From a virus (Duplodnaviria > Caudoviricetes), in the IMG/VR virus record IMGVR_UViG_3300022181_000145, positions 1 through 28,224 of that record: a stretch of DNA of 28,224 nucleotides; one strand, given 5' to 3'. Both the position numbers and the translations under genes were made by a program. Shown in pieces: positions 8,720-16,977 of this stretch (its first letter is position 1; each line of letters opens with the position of its first letter). A model generated the notes under the pieces. That model ran no database searches. It worked only from the letters and a program-made list of their open reading frames with translations, and was not told the DNA's origin.

Positions 8720-9070
8720 ATGAGTGACTATAACGCAAAAAACTACACCGAACAGGGCGGCGAGAAAACCGTCATCGGCGGCACGCTGGAAATACAGGAG
8801 GGAGCCTCGGTAACGGGACTTACCTCCACCGCTGCACCGGCTTCCGCAGCTGCCCTTGGCGGTGTGAAAGCCGTGGCCAAAGGCGCCGGCGATACTGTTG
8901 AGGCAAAAATTGGCAGCGACAGGAAACTGTATGTGCCGACCTATCCGGTCGTACCTGCAGCCGCAAATCAGGCGGACAGTACCGCCACCGATGCCGCCGG
9001 GCTGGTGACTGACTTCAACACCCTGCTTGCCAAGCTGAAAGCGGCGGGTTTGATGGCGGCGGATGAATAA
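8720..9070 (+). CDS. Head fiber/decoration protein
   Basis: 'YNAKNYTEQGGEKTVIGGTLEI', 'ALGGVK', C-terminal 'DFNTLLAKLKAAGLM'; follows the capsid gene; RBS AAGGAGG. Confidence 0.75.
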   Translation: MSDYNAKNYTEQGGEKTVIGGTLEIQEGASVTGLTSTAAPASAAALGGVKAVAKGAGDTVEAKIGSDRKLYVPTYPVVPAAANQADSTATDAAGLVTDFNTLLAKLKAAGLMAADE

Positions 9071-9085
9071 CGGGAGGTGAGCGGC

Positions 9086-9403
9086 ATGACGCCAACGGAA
9101 CTGTTACCGAAAGTCAAAGATAACCTGATTCTGCAGCATGATCAAGACGATGAACTGCTCCTGCGGCTGATTGCCGCCGCCGTCTCCTACGCGGAGAGTT
9201 ACCAGCACTTTCCCGAGGACTATTATACCAATAACCAGATGCCACCCACCACAGAGCAGGCCGTGGTTATGCTGTCGTCCCACTTTTATGAATCCAGGGA
9301 CGGCAGCACAGGCGGCTTTTTTGCTGACAATGTGCAGGCGGGGCAGCAGGTCTGGAACACGGTCAACACCCTTCTCCGGCTGGACCGGGATTGGAAGGTG
9401 TGA
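9086..9403 (+). CDS. Head-tail connector protein (gp6-like)
   Basis: 'LLPKVKDNL...DDELL..LI.AA..YAE', 'QAVVML.SHFYE.RDG'; RBS GGAGGTGA. Confidence 0.88.
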   Translation: MTPTELLPKVKDNLILQHDQDDELLLRLIAAAVSYAESYQHFPEDYYTNNQMPPTTEQAVVMLSSHFYESRDGSTGGFFADNVQAGQQVWNTVNTLLRLDRDWKV

Positions 9404-9405
9404 GT

Positions 9406-9750
9406 ATGAGCTACGGAAAAATGAACACTTTCGTTGACATTATCACCACGGCGCCGGTCAAGGATGCGGAGGGCTTCGTTACGCATGGAGATACTGTCTT
9501 GGCAAGCGTCCGCGCCTTTAAGGAAGTCCGGAACACATCTGCAAAGTGGGAGCACATCATCGGTAACGCCGCGTTTTCCAGTATATCGGCGATGTTCCGT
9601 TTCCGCAAAATTCCTGATGTGGATGTTGATACCACGCTGTTTATCTCCGATGCGGACGGTCGTTACAACATCGTCAGCGCGGAGGATGTGCGCGGGCGTG
9701 GGATGTATGTCGAGGTGCTGGCGGAAAAGACCGAAGGGAGCGTGAAATAA
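9406..9750 (+). CDS. Head-tail adaptor/head-closure protein
   Basis: Position and size; 'KDAEGF', 'FRFRKIP', 'RYNIVSAEDVRGRGMYVEVLA'. Confidence 0.8.
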   Translation: MSYGKMNTFVDIITTAPVKDAEGFVTHGDTVLASVRAFKEVRNTSAKWEHIIGNAAFSSISAMFRFRKIPDVDVDTTLFISDADGRYNIVSAEDVRGRGMYVEVLAEKTEGSVK

Positions 9751-10182
9751 ATGGCCCGCTGTGACATCCAAATGCCGGAGGATTTCCTGCTGAAGCTTGC
9801 TCGCCTTGGTGAGAAAACCGATGAAATCTTGCCAAAGGTGCTGGAGGCGGGCGGAGAAGTCGTGGAAGCCAAAGTAAAGGACAATCTGCAGGCTGTGATC
9901 GGTCATGGCACTAAGGAAGAAAGCCGTTCCACAGGCGAGTTGCTCTCGGCGCTGGGTGTTTCCGCCGCAAGACAAGATAAGGACGGCAATTTCAATGTAA
10001 AAATAGGCTTTTCAGAACCCCGTCCTGATGGAAAAAGCAATGCCATGATTGCCGGAGTCCTGGAATACGGCAAGCACGGTCAGGCTCCGAGGCCCTTCTT
10101 GAAGCCCGCAAAATCCCAGAGTAAAAACGCCGCCATCGAAGCGATGAAGGTAAAGCTTGAGAGCGAGGTGGACGGCATATGA
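9751..10182 (+). CDS. HK97 gp10 family tail/neck protein
   Basis: 'RSTGEL..AL', 'LEYG', 'APRPFLKPA' motifs. Confidence 0.85.
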   Translation: MARCDIQMPEDFLLKLARLGEKTDEILPKVLEAGGEVVEAKVKDNLQAVIGHGTKEESRSTGELLSALGVSAARQDKDGNFNVKIGFSEPRPDGKSNAMIAGVLEYGKHGQAPRPFLKPAKSQSKNAAIEAMKVKLESEVDGI

Positions 10183-10520
10183 GCATGCTTTCCGAACTGA
10201 ATACTATTCTCACGCCCATTCTCCCTGTGGAGACGGGCGTTTTTTCCGGCATCCCACCTGACGAATACCTTGTGCTTACCCCGATGACAGACGGATTCGC
10301 CCTGTTCGGCGACAATATGCCGCTCATCGATGTATCCGAGGTGCGGATTTCGCTTTTTTCCAAGGGCAACTACCTCCTGAGGAAAGGGCAGATAACCTCT
10401 GCGCTGCTCGGTGCAGAGTTCACTATCACCGACCGCAGGTATATTGGGCATGAGGCTGATACCGGCTATCACCATTACGCCATTGATGTGGCGAAAGAAT
10501 ATGAAATGGGGGATTTTTGA
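10179..10520 (+). CDS. Putative tail completion/terminator protein
   Basis: Sits immediately before the major tail gene; ATGA coupling; 'RRYIGHEADTGYHHYAIDV'. Confidence 0.7.
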   Translation: MSMLSELNTILTPILPVETGVFSGIPPDEYLVLTPMTDGFALFGDNMPLIDVSEVRISLFSKGNYLLRKGQITSALLGAEFTITDRRYIGHEADTGYHHYAIDVAKEYEMGDF

Positions 10521-10521
10521 T

Positions 10522-11112
10522 ATGGCAACCATTGGACTTGATAAGCTCTACTACGCTCCGATCACCGAAGCGCCCATCATCGGCGCCGAGACGTATGGCA
10601 CTCCTGTCATGCTGGCGAAAGCCATCAGCGCTGAGTTATCCGTGGAACTTGCCGAGGCTACTCTCTATGCTGATGACGGTGCTGCCGAGGTGGTTAAAGA
10701 ATTTAAGAACGGCAAGCTGACACTCGGCGTGGACGCAATCGGCCGCAGTGTCGCAGTGGCGCTCACAGGCTCGACCGTGGATGAAAACGGCGTCCTTATC
10801 TCGGCTTCAGAGGACGGCGGCACTCCCGTGGCCATCGGCTTCCGGGCGAAGAAATCTAACGGCAAGTACCGCTACTTCTGGCTCTACCGGGTGAAATTCG
10901 GCGTGCCATCCACAAACCTTGCCACCAAAGGCGACAGCATCACCTTTTCCACGCCAACCATCGAAGGCACAGTCATGCGCCGCAACAAAACCGATGACAA
11001 TGACAACCATCCCTGGAAAGCGGAGGCCGATGAGGACGATACTGATGTAACGGCGGCGACGATCAGCGGCTGGTACACATCGGTCTATGAGCCGGAATTC
11101 ACCGGGGAATAA
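10522..11112 (+). CDS. Major tail protein (phi13 family)
   Basis: 'MATIGLDKLYYA', 'LYADDG', 'VAIGFRAKKSNGKYRYFWLYRVKF'. Confidence 0.92.
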   Translation: MATIGLDKLYYAPITEAPIIGAETYGTPVMLAKAISAELSVELAEATLYADDGAAEVVKEFKNGKLTLGVDAIGRSVAVALTGSTVDENGVLISASEDGGTPVAIGFRAKKSNGKYRYFWLYRVKFGVPSTNLATKGDSITFSTPTIEGTVMRRNKTDDNDNHPWKAEADEDDTDVTAATISGWYTSVYEPEFTGE

Positions 11113-11123
11113 GGAGACTCAGC

Positions 11124-11507
11124 ATGGATAACGAACGCAGCGCAAAAATTAATATCGGCGGCGCGGAATATGAACTGGTCTTGACCACCCGCGCCACCAA
11201 GGAGATCGCCCGCAGGTATGGTGGTTTGGAGAATTTGGGCGAGAAGCTGCTTCAGGCCGAGAACTTTGAGCTGGCCCTTGATGAGATTATCTGGCTGATC
11301 ACACTTTTGGCCAACCAGAGCATCCTCATCTACAATCTGAAGCATAAGGACAAACCGCAAGATGTCCTCACAGAGGACGAGGTGGAACTTCTGACCTCGC
11401 CTTTGGAGCTGGCCACCTATAAAGCGGCGATCACGGAGGCAATGTTCAAGGGCACGGCTCGGAATATTGAAAGCGAGGCAGACTCAAAAAACGCGGAGGT
11501 CGGGTAA
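11124..11507 (+). CDS. Tail assembly chaperone (gpG-like)
   Basis: Lies between MTP and TMP; ends in slippery A AAA AAC (11486-11492). Confidence 0.85.
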   Translation: MDNERSAKINIGGAEYELVLTTRATKEIARRYGGLENLGEKLLQAENFELALDEIIWLITLLANQSILIYNLKHKDKPQDVLTEDEVELLTSPLELATYKAAITEAMFKGTARNIESEADSKNAEVG

Positions 11508-11695
11508 GCGACGATGAGTTGTTTACCCGACTCTTGTATTACGGCACAGTTCATCTGAACCGCTCTGAGGAAGAAACGTGGCTCACGCCCATCGGCCTCC
11601 TGATGGACTTGTGGGAGTGCCACAAACAGTTCCTCGGCTTGGCGAAGCCGAAAAGAGAGATATTCATTGATGAGGTTGTTCCGGATGGTATATAG
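11486..11695 (+). CDS. -1 frameshift extension of the tail assembly chaperone (gpGT-like); absent from the ORF track
   Basis: The -1 frame after A AAA AAC reads RGGRVSDDELFTRLLYYGTVHLNRSEEETWLTPIGLLMDLWECHKQFLGLAKPKREIFIDEVVPDGI to TAG 11693-11695. Confidence 0.8.
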   Translation, partial: KKRGGRVSDDELFTRLLYYGTVHLNRSEEETWLTPIGLLMDLWECHKQFLGLAKPKREIFIDEVVPDGI

Positions 11696-11710
11696 GAAAA
11701 ACCCAAGATC

Positions 11711-11739
11711 TTTACTTCTAGTAAATACTGTGTTACCAT
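11711..11739 (+). promoter_or_regulatory. Putative sigmaA promoter of the moron
   Basis: TTTACT-N17-TACCAT, with an extended -10 TG at 11731-11732. Confidence 0.45.
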
Positions 11740-11869
11740 CCAGGTAAACGTAAATTAAGCTGGCGGATTGTATAAATTCACAGCCCGCTACCTTACTCAT
11801 CCTACTAAAAGAATGATTCTGGATTCTATATCGAACTCTATGTCAAACTATTTTTGGAGGGGTGTTGTA

Positions 11870-12568
11870 ATGATATTGGCAGAACGCGAAAACGGAATTT
11901 TTAATGAGTGGAAATCAAATCTTCCTCAAGAGCAACGGGTTAACTTTATACCTGACGGGATTGTCGATGAAAAGCGATGGAATGAAGCCAAAGTTAAAGT
12001 GCTGTACTTACTGAAAGAAGTAAATGGCGGAACCGATTGGGATGAGAGGGAGTATTTAGCCGGATACAATACGATTCCTGAATTCATTAATACTCATTCC
12101 CCATCCATAGACGCTTTGATTACATGGACATATGGATTAATGAACGGCAACCCGGATGAACTCTGGTCTAAGGTTCTGTCGACTACAGCAGATAAGGCGG
12201 TACAGAGTGCCTTGTTATCAGAAATCGGTGTTGTCAATTTCAAAAAGATATCTGGATTTGGTGTGACTGACTTAAAATCCTTAGATGCATTTGCTACGGA
12301 GTCATACAATCAAGAAATGCTTAGGAAGCAGTTGGCGCTCTATCATCCAGATGTTGTGGTCTGCGGCGGGACGGCATATTACTTAACTGCTCTTTATGAG
12401 GAAGACTTCGCTGCTAAAAAGTGGAACACTACAAACCGAGGCGTTCCATATGCAAAAAAGGAAAGCACAATATATATAGACTTTTGCCATCCTCTTATTC
12501 GAGCACCTAAAAATATGATTTACTATAGTTTACTTGATGCGGTAAAAGAAATTGAAGGGCTAAGATGA
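11870..12568 (+). CDS. Moron: hypothetical protein with uracil-DNA-glycosylase-superfamily-like motifs
   Basis: AT-rich insert between TAC and TMP; RBS GGAGG; motifs 'KVLYLLKEVNG', 'VVNFKK', 'LRKQLALYHPDVVVCGGT' and 'IDFCHP' occur in UDG-fold order. The CDS is well supported; the fold call is tentative. Confidence 0.7.
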   Translation: MILAERENGIFNEWKSNLPQEQRVNFIPDGIVDEKRWNEAKVKVLYLLKEVNGGTDWDEREYLAGYNTIPEFINTHSPSIDALITWTYGLMNGNPDELWSKVLSTTADKAVQSALLSEIGVVNFKKISGFGVTDLKSLDAFATESYNQEMLRKQLALYHPDVVVCGGTAYYLTALYEEDFAAKKWNTTNRGVPYAKKESTIYIDFCHPLIRAPKNMIYYSLLDAVKEIEGLR

Positions 12569-12703
12569 GCGCACGGCTTTGAATCCCTACCGCTAGAATG
12601 GGTGGTGAAGGTTGAATTAGAGCATTTTATTACCCAAATAGCAGATTGTGTGTATGCTTACGGGCAACCTTTATCGCCCTCGCATGGAAAACATAACCTA
12701 TAG
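12569..12703 (+). pseudogene. Remnant resembling the C-terminus of an ADP-ribosylglycohydrolase
   Basis: 44 open codons 'AHGFESLPLEWVVKVELEHFITQIADCVY...' match the ARH C-terminal pattern G-x-x-x-I/L-P-x-x-W-x-x-x-L/V-E-L-x-x-x-I-x-x-x-A-D; no in-frame start. Confidence 0.45.
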
Positions 12704-12720
12704 AAGTAAAAAGCTACAAG

Positions 12721-12747
12721 GGGGCAATCTTCGGATTGCTCCTTTTT
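12721..12747 (+). terminator. Intrinsic terminator closing the moron
   Basis: GGGGCAATC-TTCG-GATTGCTCC followed by TTTTT (UUCG tetraloop). Confidence 0.85.
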
Positions 12748-12775
12748 CATGCCCTTTTCAAGGAGGTGAGACGGC

Positions 12776-14953
12776 GTGGCAGATAATTTTGGCTTGAAAA
12801 TAGGTATCGAGGGTGAGAAGGAGTTCAAAAACGCCCTCCGCGACATCAATCAGTCCTTTAAGGTGCTCGGCAGCGAGATGAAGCTGGTCTCCTCCGAGTT
12901 TGACAAGCAGGACAAATCTGTAGCAGCAGTGGCTGCTCGGAACGAAGTTCTGAATAAGGCGATCGACGCCCAGAAGGAAAAGATATCTGCCCTGGAAGCT
13001 GCTCTCAAGAATGCAGCCGAGAGCTTCGGCGAAAACGACCGCCGCACCCAGAACTGGGCAATCCAGCTGAACAATGCCAAGGCCGAGCTCAACGGCATGG
13101 AGCGGGAATTGGAGGAGTCCGCAGACGAAGCAGACAAACTGGGCGACGGACTGAAGGAGTCGGGCGACGCGGCCGAAAAATCCGGCTCCAAGTTTGAGAA
13201 ACTGGGCGGCGTGCTCAAAGGCATTGGCGCGGCAATGGGCGCTGTTGCGGTCGCCGCAGGAGCTGCCGCCATCAAGCTGGGCAAGGAGGTCATACAGCAG
13301 TTCGGGGAATTGGAGCAGAATCTGGGCGGCTCAGAAGCCGTCTTTCAGGGCTACGCTGACCATATGCAGAGAATCGGGGAAGACGCCTATAAGAATATGG
13401 GCGTGTCGCAGTCGCAGTATCTCGCCACTGCCAACAAAATGGGCGCTCTTTTCCAAGGCTCAGGGCTTGATGTGGAGAAATCCGCAGAACTGACCGAAAA
13501 GGCCATGCAACGGGCTGCGGATATGGCGTCTGTCATGGGCATCGATATGCAGCAGGCGCTGGATTCCGTAGCAGGCGCCGCCAAGGGCAACTTTACCATG
13601 ATGGACAACTTGGGCGTGGCCATGAACGCAACCAACATCGAGGCCTACGCCCTCTCGAAAGGGCTGGATTTTGTTTGGAGTTCCGCCACCCAAGCGGAAA
13701 AAGCGGAAGTCGCCATGCAGATGTTCTTCGAGAGTACGGAGCAGTATGCAGGCAACTTCGCCAGAGAAGCCACGGAAACCATCAGCGGCTCAATGGGCCT
13801 TTTTAAAGCTGCCCTTGGCAGTTTTACAGCGGGGCTGGGTAATGCCGATGCGGACATGACAAAATTAACAGGAAACCTGGTAGATGCTTTTCAGGCGGTG
13901 GTCAAGAACATCGTGCCGGTGATTGAGAACATCGTGGCGGCGCTGCCCCCGGCGATGGACGCCATCCTCTCGGCTATTGGCGACATATTGCCCATGCTCC
14001 TGGAAACGGTGACGGAGCTGTTCACACAGGTGCTGGAAACGCTACTTAGCCTGATGCCCGAACTGATCCCCGCTGTCGTGGAAGCGGTGATGACCATTGT
14101 CGGCGCGCTGATCGACAATCTGCCCCTGCTCATTGAAGCGGCGGTGCAATTAATTACAGCCCTTGTGGAAGGGCTTGGCTCCGCTCTCCCGGAACTGATT
14201 CCGGCGGCGGTGGAAGCAATCATTACTATCGCAACGGGGCTTCTGGACAATATGGATAAAATCCTCGAAGCGGCCTTTTCTATCATCATGGGCCTGGTGG
14301 AAGGGCTGCTGAACGCCCTGCCGCAGCTGATCGATGCCCTGCCGGAAATCATAATGACCATCGTCGATTTCATCACGGATAATCTGCCTGAAATCATCGC
14401 CATGGGTATCGAGCTCATTGTCCAGCTTGCGGTTGGGCTGATCAAGGCCATACCGCAGCTGGTGGCAAAGTTGCCGGAGATCATCGCGGCGATCGTAACC
14501 GGCCTGGGCAAAGCGGTGGGAGCAGTGTTTGAAATCGGCAAGAACATCGTGACGGGTCTCTGGGAAGGTATCAAGTCTTTGGGTTCTTGGATAGCGGACA
14601 AGGTCAGCGGCTTCTTTTCCGGCATTGTTGACGGCGCGAGATCCCTGCTAGGCATCAACTCTCCCTCGACGGTGTTCGCAGGGATCGGCGAGAATATGGG
14701 GCTTGGCATCGGCAAAGGCTTCACCGACGCCATGAAAAATGTCAGCGCGGATATGCAAAAGGCCATCCCCACCAATTTTGACATGGACGCCACTTTGTAC
14801 GGTGTGGGCAGCGAATCGGTTTCCGGGCTTGGCGGTCAGGCATTCAATGTCACCATCCCCTTAACCATGGACGGCACAACCCTGGCCCGTATTCTCGCAC
14901 AGATCCAATGGAGCCAGAACAGCGTCCAGGTTCGCAATCTTGGCATCGCCTGA
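12776..14953 (+). CDS. Tail tape measure protein
   Basis: 725 aa; N-terminus 'FGLKIGIEGEKEFK', Ala/Gly-rich helices, periodic 'LP.LI.A' repeats and the 'LGINSPS.VF' motif; RBS AAGGAGGTG, GTG start. Confidence 0.93.
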   Translation: MADNFGLKIGIEGEKEFKNALRDINQSFKVLGSEMKLVSSEFDKQDKSVAAVAARNEVLNKAIDAQKEKISALEAALKNAAESFGENDRRTQNWAIQLNNAKAELNGMERELEESADEADKLGDGLKESGDAAEKSGSKFEKLGGVLKGIGAAMGAVAVAAGAAAIKLGKEVIQQFGELEQNLGGSEAVFQGYADHMQRIGEDAYKNMGVSQSQYLATANKMGALFQGSGLDVEKSAELTEKAMQRAADMASVMGIDMQQALDSVAGAAKGNFTMMDNLGVAMNATNIEAYALSKGLDFVWSSATQAEKAEVAMQMFFESTEQYAGNFAREATETISGSMGLFKAALGSFTAGLGNADADMTKLTGNLVDAFQAVVKNIVPVIENIVAALPPAMDAILSAIGDILPMLLETVTELFTQVLETLLSLMPELIPAVVEAVMTIVGALIDNLPLLIEAAVQLITALVEGLGSALPELIPAAVEAIITIATGLLDNMDKILEAAFSIIMGLVEGLLNALPQLIDALPEIIMTIVDFITDNLPEIIAMGIELIVQLAVGLIKAIPQLVAKLPEIIAAIVTGLGKAVGAVFEIGKNIVTGLWEGIKSLGSWIADKVSGFFSGIVDGARSLLGINSPSTVFAGIGENMGLGIGKGFTDAMKNVSADMQKAIPTNFDMDATLYGVGSESVSGLGGQAFNVTIPLTMDGTTLARILAQIQWSQNSVQVRNLGIA

Positions 14954-14965
14954 TGGGAGGTTTTT

Positions 14966-16966
14966 ATGAAAATTGAGATATATAACGAAAGTATCCTGAT
15001 CCAGAGCTTCAATAAGGTTCTCTCCGCGACGCTTAGCGACCACCTTTCCGGGGAGCGCACCTTGGAATTTTCTGTGATCACCCCGCGTTCGCAGCCTATT
15101 TCTACAGGCATGATCGCAAAGCATGAGGGGCAGTATTACAGCATTGTCCGTGTAGCGCGTGGGATGACAAACGGCATTCCCGTCAGCTCCGTGTCCTGTG
15201 AGCATATTTCCTATGTCCTGAACAACGAGGAATATAACCTGGTGACCTTTGTATTTGAGGGGTATCCCGCTGCCGGGCTTGCCCAGCTGCTTACGGGAAC
15301 CCCCTTCTCTGTGGGCGTAGTCGAGCCTGTGAGCACCGTAGAGGTAGCGTTTACCGAGGGGACGCTCAACCGCCGTAACGCCGTAATGCGCCTCATCGAC
15401 GCCTGCGGCGGTGAGATCGAGTACGACGGCTACCGCATCAATATCCGCAGCCATCGGGGCAGTACCACGCGCCGGCTGCTGATGGACGGCGAGAATGTGA
15501 CCGATGTATCCGCTATCCTCGACTCCCGGGAGCTTGTGGAAGCCTACGAGATCTCCCTATTCAAGATGGCCGACCTCAGCGCGGGCGACGAGGTGAACAT
15601 CACCTTCACACCCCTGGGTATCAATGTGGATACCCGAATCATCGGCATTTCATATAACCCCTTTTACCGCTACACCGTCCGGGTGGAGGTCGGGGATTAT
15701 GTGCCGAACTTATTAGCCTCCACCGCAACACGGCTTGATAAAATACGGCAGGAATTCCGGGCAGCGGATGGGCAGATGAGTTCTCGCATCGAAGATGCCG
15801 AGGGCAACCTCTCCGAATTGTCGCAGACCGTGAGCAGTTTTGACCTGCGCATCCAAAGTGCCGAGGATGACATGGCGGAGCTATCCCTTACGGTAGGCGG
15901 CTTCGATGTCCGCATCACCAACGCTGAGGGCAGCGTGGCGCAGTTGTCGCTGACTGTGAGCGGCTTTGAGACCCGGATTAGCAACGCCGAGGGCAATATC
16001 TCCACCATCAGTCAAAACGTTTCCAGCATCACAACGCGCGTAAGCACAGCCGAAGGGAATATCTCCACGGTTACTCAGACCGCAAACAAGGTGGAGTGGC
16101 TGATCAAATCCGGCACCTCGGCATCCAACTTCCTGCTGACCGACCGGACGATCTCGCTGGTGGCAAATACGATCGACCTCTCCGGCTTTGTGACCTTCAG
16201 CAATCTGTCCACTTCCGGACAGACGACGATCAACGGCGGCAACATCACCACCGGCGCCATCAACGCGGGCCTGATCACCACCGGCAGCATGAGCGCCGAT
16301 CGCATTTCCAGCGGCACCCTGGACGCAAGCAAGGTCACGGTCACCAAGCTGAACGCTTCCAACATTACCACTGGCACACTAAGCGCCGACCGCATCGACG
16401 TTTCCGACATCAAGATCTCCCGGCTGTATATCGGCACAAAGGTGGCGATTGATTCCCAGTCCAATACCATTTATGTCGGCGGGGACAATTCCAGCAATTC
16501 CTTTACCAATCTGTACCTCAAGGCTTCCTCAGCTATTAATTTCAGCTCCTGGTCGTCCGCCTATGACGGCTTGACTATCGATATGTCCGGCAAGACCGTC
16601 CGGCCCAACCAGGACAATTACTTTTCCTTGGGGACCGGCGCCTATTCCTTCAAAGAGATGTTTGCCTATGCCGCCACCATTGGTGACTCCTATCCCATCA
16701 TCATCAATGTGTCCGGCTCCCAGCGCCAACTTCGCCCGCGCACAACGAATACCTCTTATCCCTGGTATCTGGGAAACTCCGCCAACCCGTTTTCCTATGG
16801 GTATTTTAGTAATCTCTACGCGCAGCTGCAGGTACAACTGGGCACCAGCACCTCGGCCAAGGTCGGCTTTTTCGGTACGACGCCGGTTGCCCAAAAAACT
16901 GTGGCCAGTAGCGCCACTGTCGCCACACTCATCACAGCGTTAAAGGGCTATGGACTAATCGCATAA
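14966..16966 (+). CDS. Tail spike/minor structural protein (prophage endopeptidase-tail/Tal-like N-terminus, coiled and beta-helical stalk, putative receptor-binding C-terminus)
   Basis: 'LSGERTLEF', 'CEHISY.L', 'GGEIEYDGY.I', 'VEVGDY' Tal-like hub motifs followed by repeats; RBS GGAGG. Confidence 0.8.
   Translation: MKIEIYNESILIQSFNKVLSATLSDHLSGERTLEFSVITPRSQPISTGMIAKHEGQYYSIVRVARGMTNGIPVSSVSCEHISYVLNNEEYNLVTFVFEGYPAAGLAQLLTGTPFSVGVVEPVSTVEVAFTEGTLNRRNAVMRLIDACGGEIEYDGYRINIRSHRGSTTRRLLMDGENVTDVSAILDSRELVEAYEISLFKMADLSAGDEVNITFTPLGINVDTRIIGISYNPFYRYTVRVEVGDYVPNLLASTATRLDKIRQEFRAADGQMSSRIEDAEGNLSELSQTVSSFDLRIQSAEDDMAELSLTVGGFDVRITNAEGSVAQLSLTVSGFETRISNAEGNISTISQNVSSITTRVSTAEGNISTVTQTANKVEWLIKSGTSASNFLLTDRTISLVANTIDLSGFVTFSNLSTSGQTTINGGNITTGAINAGLITTGSMSADRISSGTLDASKVTVTKLNASNITTGTLSADRIDVSDIKISRLYIGTKVAIDSQSNTIYVGGDNSSNSFTNLYLKASSAINFSSWSSAYDGLTIDMSGKTVRPNQDNYFSLGTGAYSFKEMFAYAATIGDSYPIIINVSGSQRQLRPRTTNTSYPWYLGNSANPFSYGYFSNLYAQLQVQLGTSTSAKVGFFGTTPVAQKTVASSATVATLITALKGYGLIA
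15770..16084 (+). repeat. Five 21-aa (63-bp) tandem repeats in the tail protein
   Basis: GQMSSRIEDAEGNLSELSQTV / SSFDLRIQSAEDDMAELSLTV / GGFDVRITNAEGSVAQLSLTV / SGFETRISNAEGNISTISQNV / SSITTRVSTAEGNISTVTQTA. Confidence 0.85.
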
Positions 16967-16977
16967 GGGAGGAAATT

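Noticed and set aside
7819-14793. Long antisense ORFs over the capsid (7819-8721), head-tail (9286-9975) and TMP (13891-14793) genes
   Set aside because: Expected from codon bias on the opposite strand of GC-rich genes; no protein features.
15770-16420. Periodic repeats considered as a CRISPR array or DGR template/variable repeat
   Set aside because: The repeats are degenerate, in-frame and protein-level, with no spacer structure, no adenine-specific TR/VR pair and no reverse transcriptase in the window.
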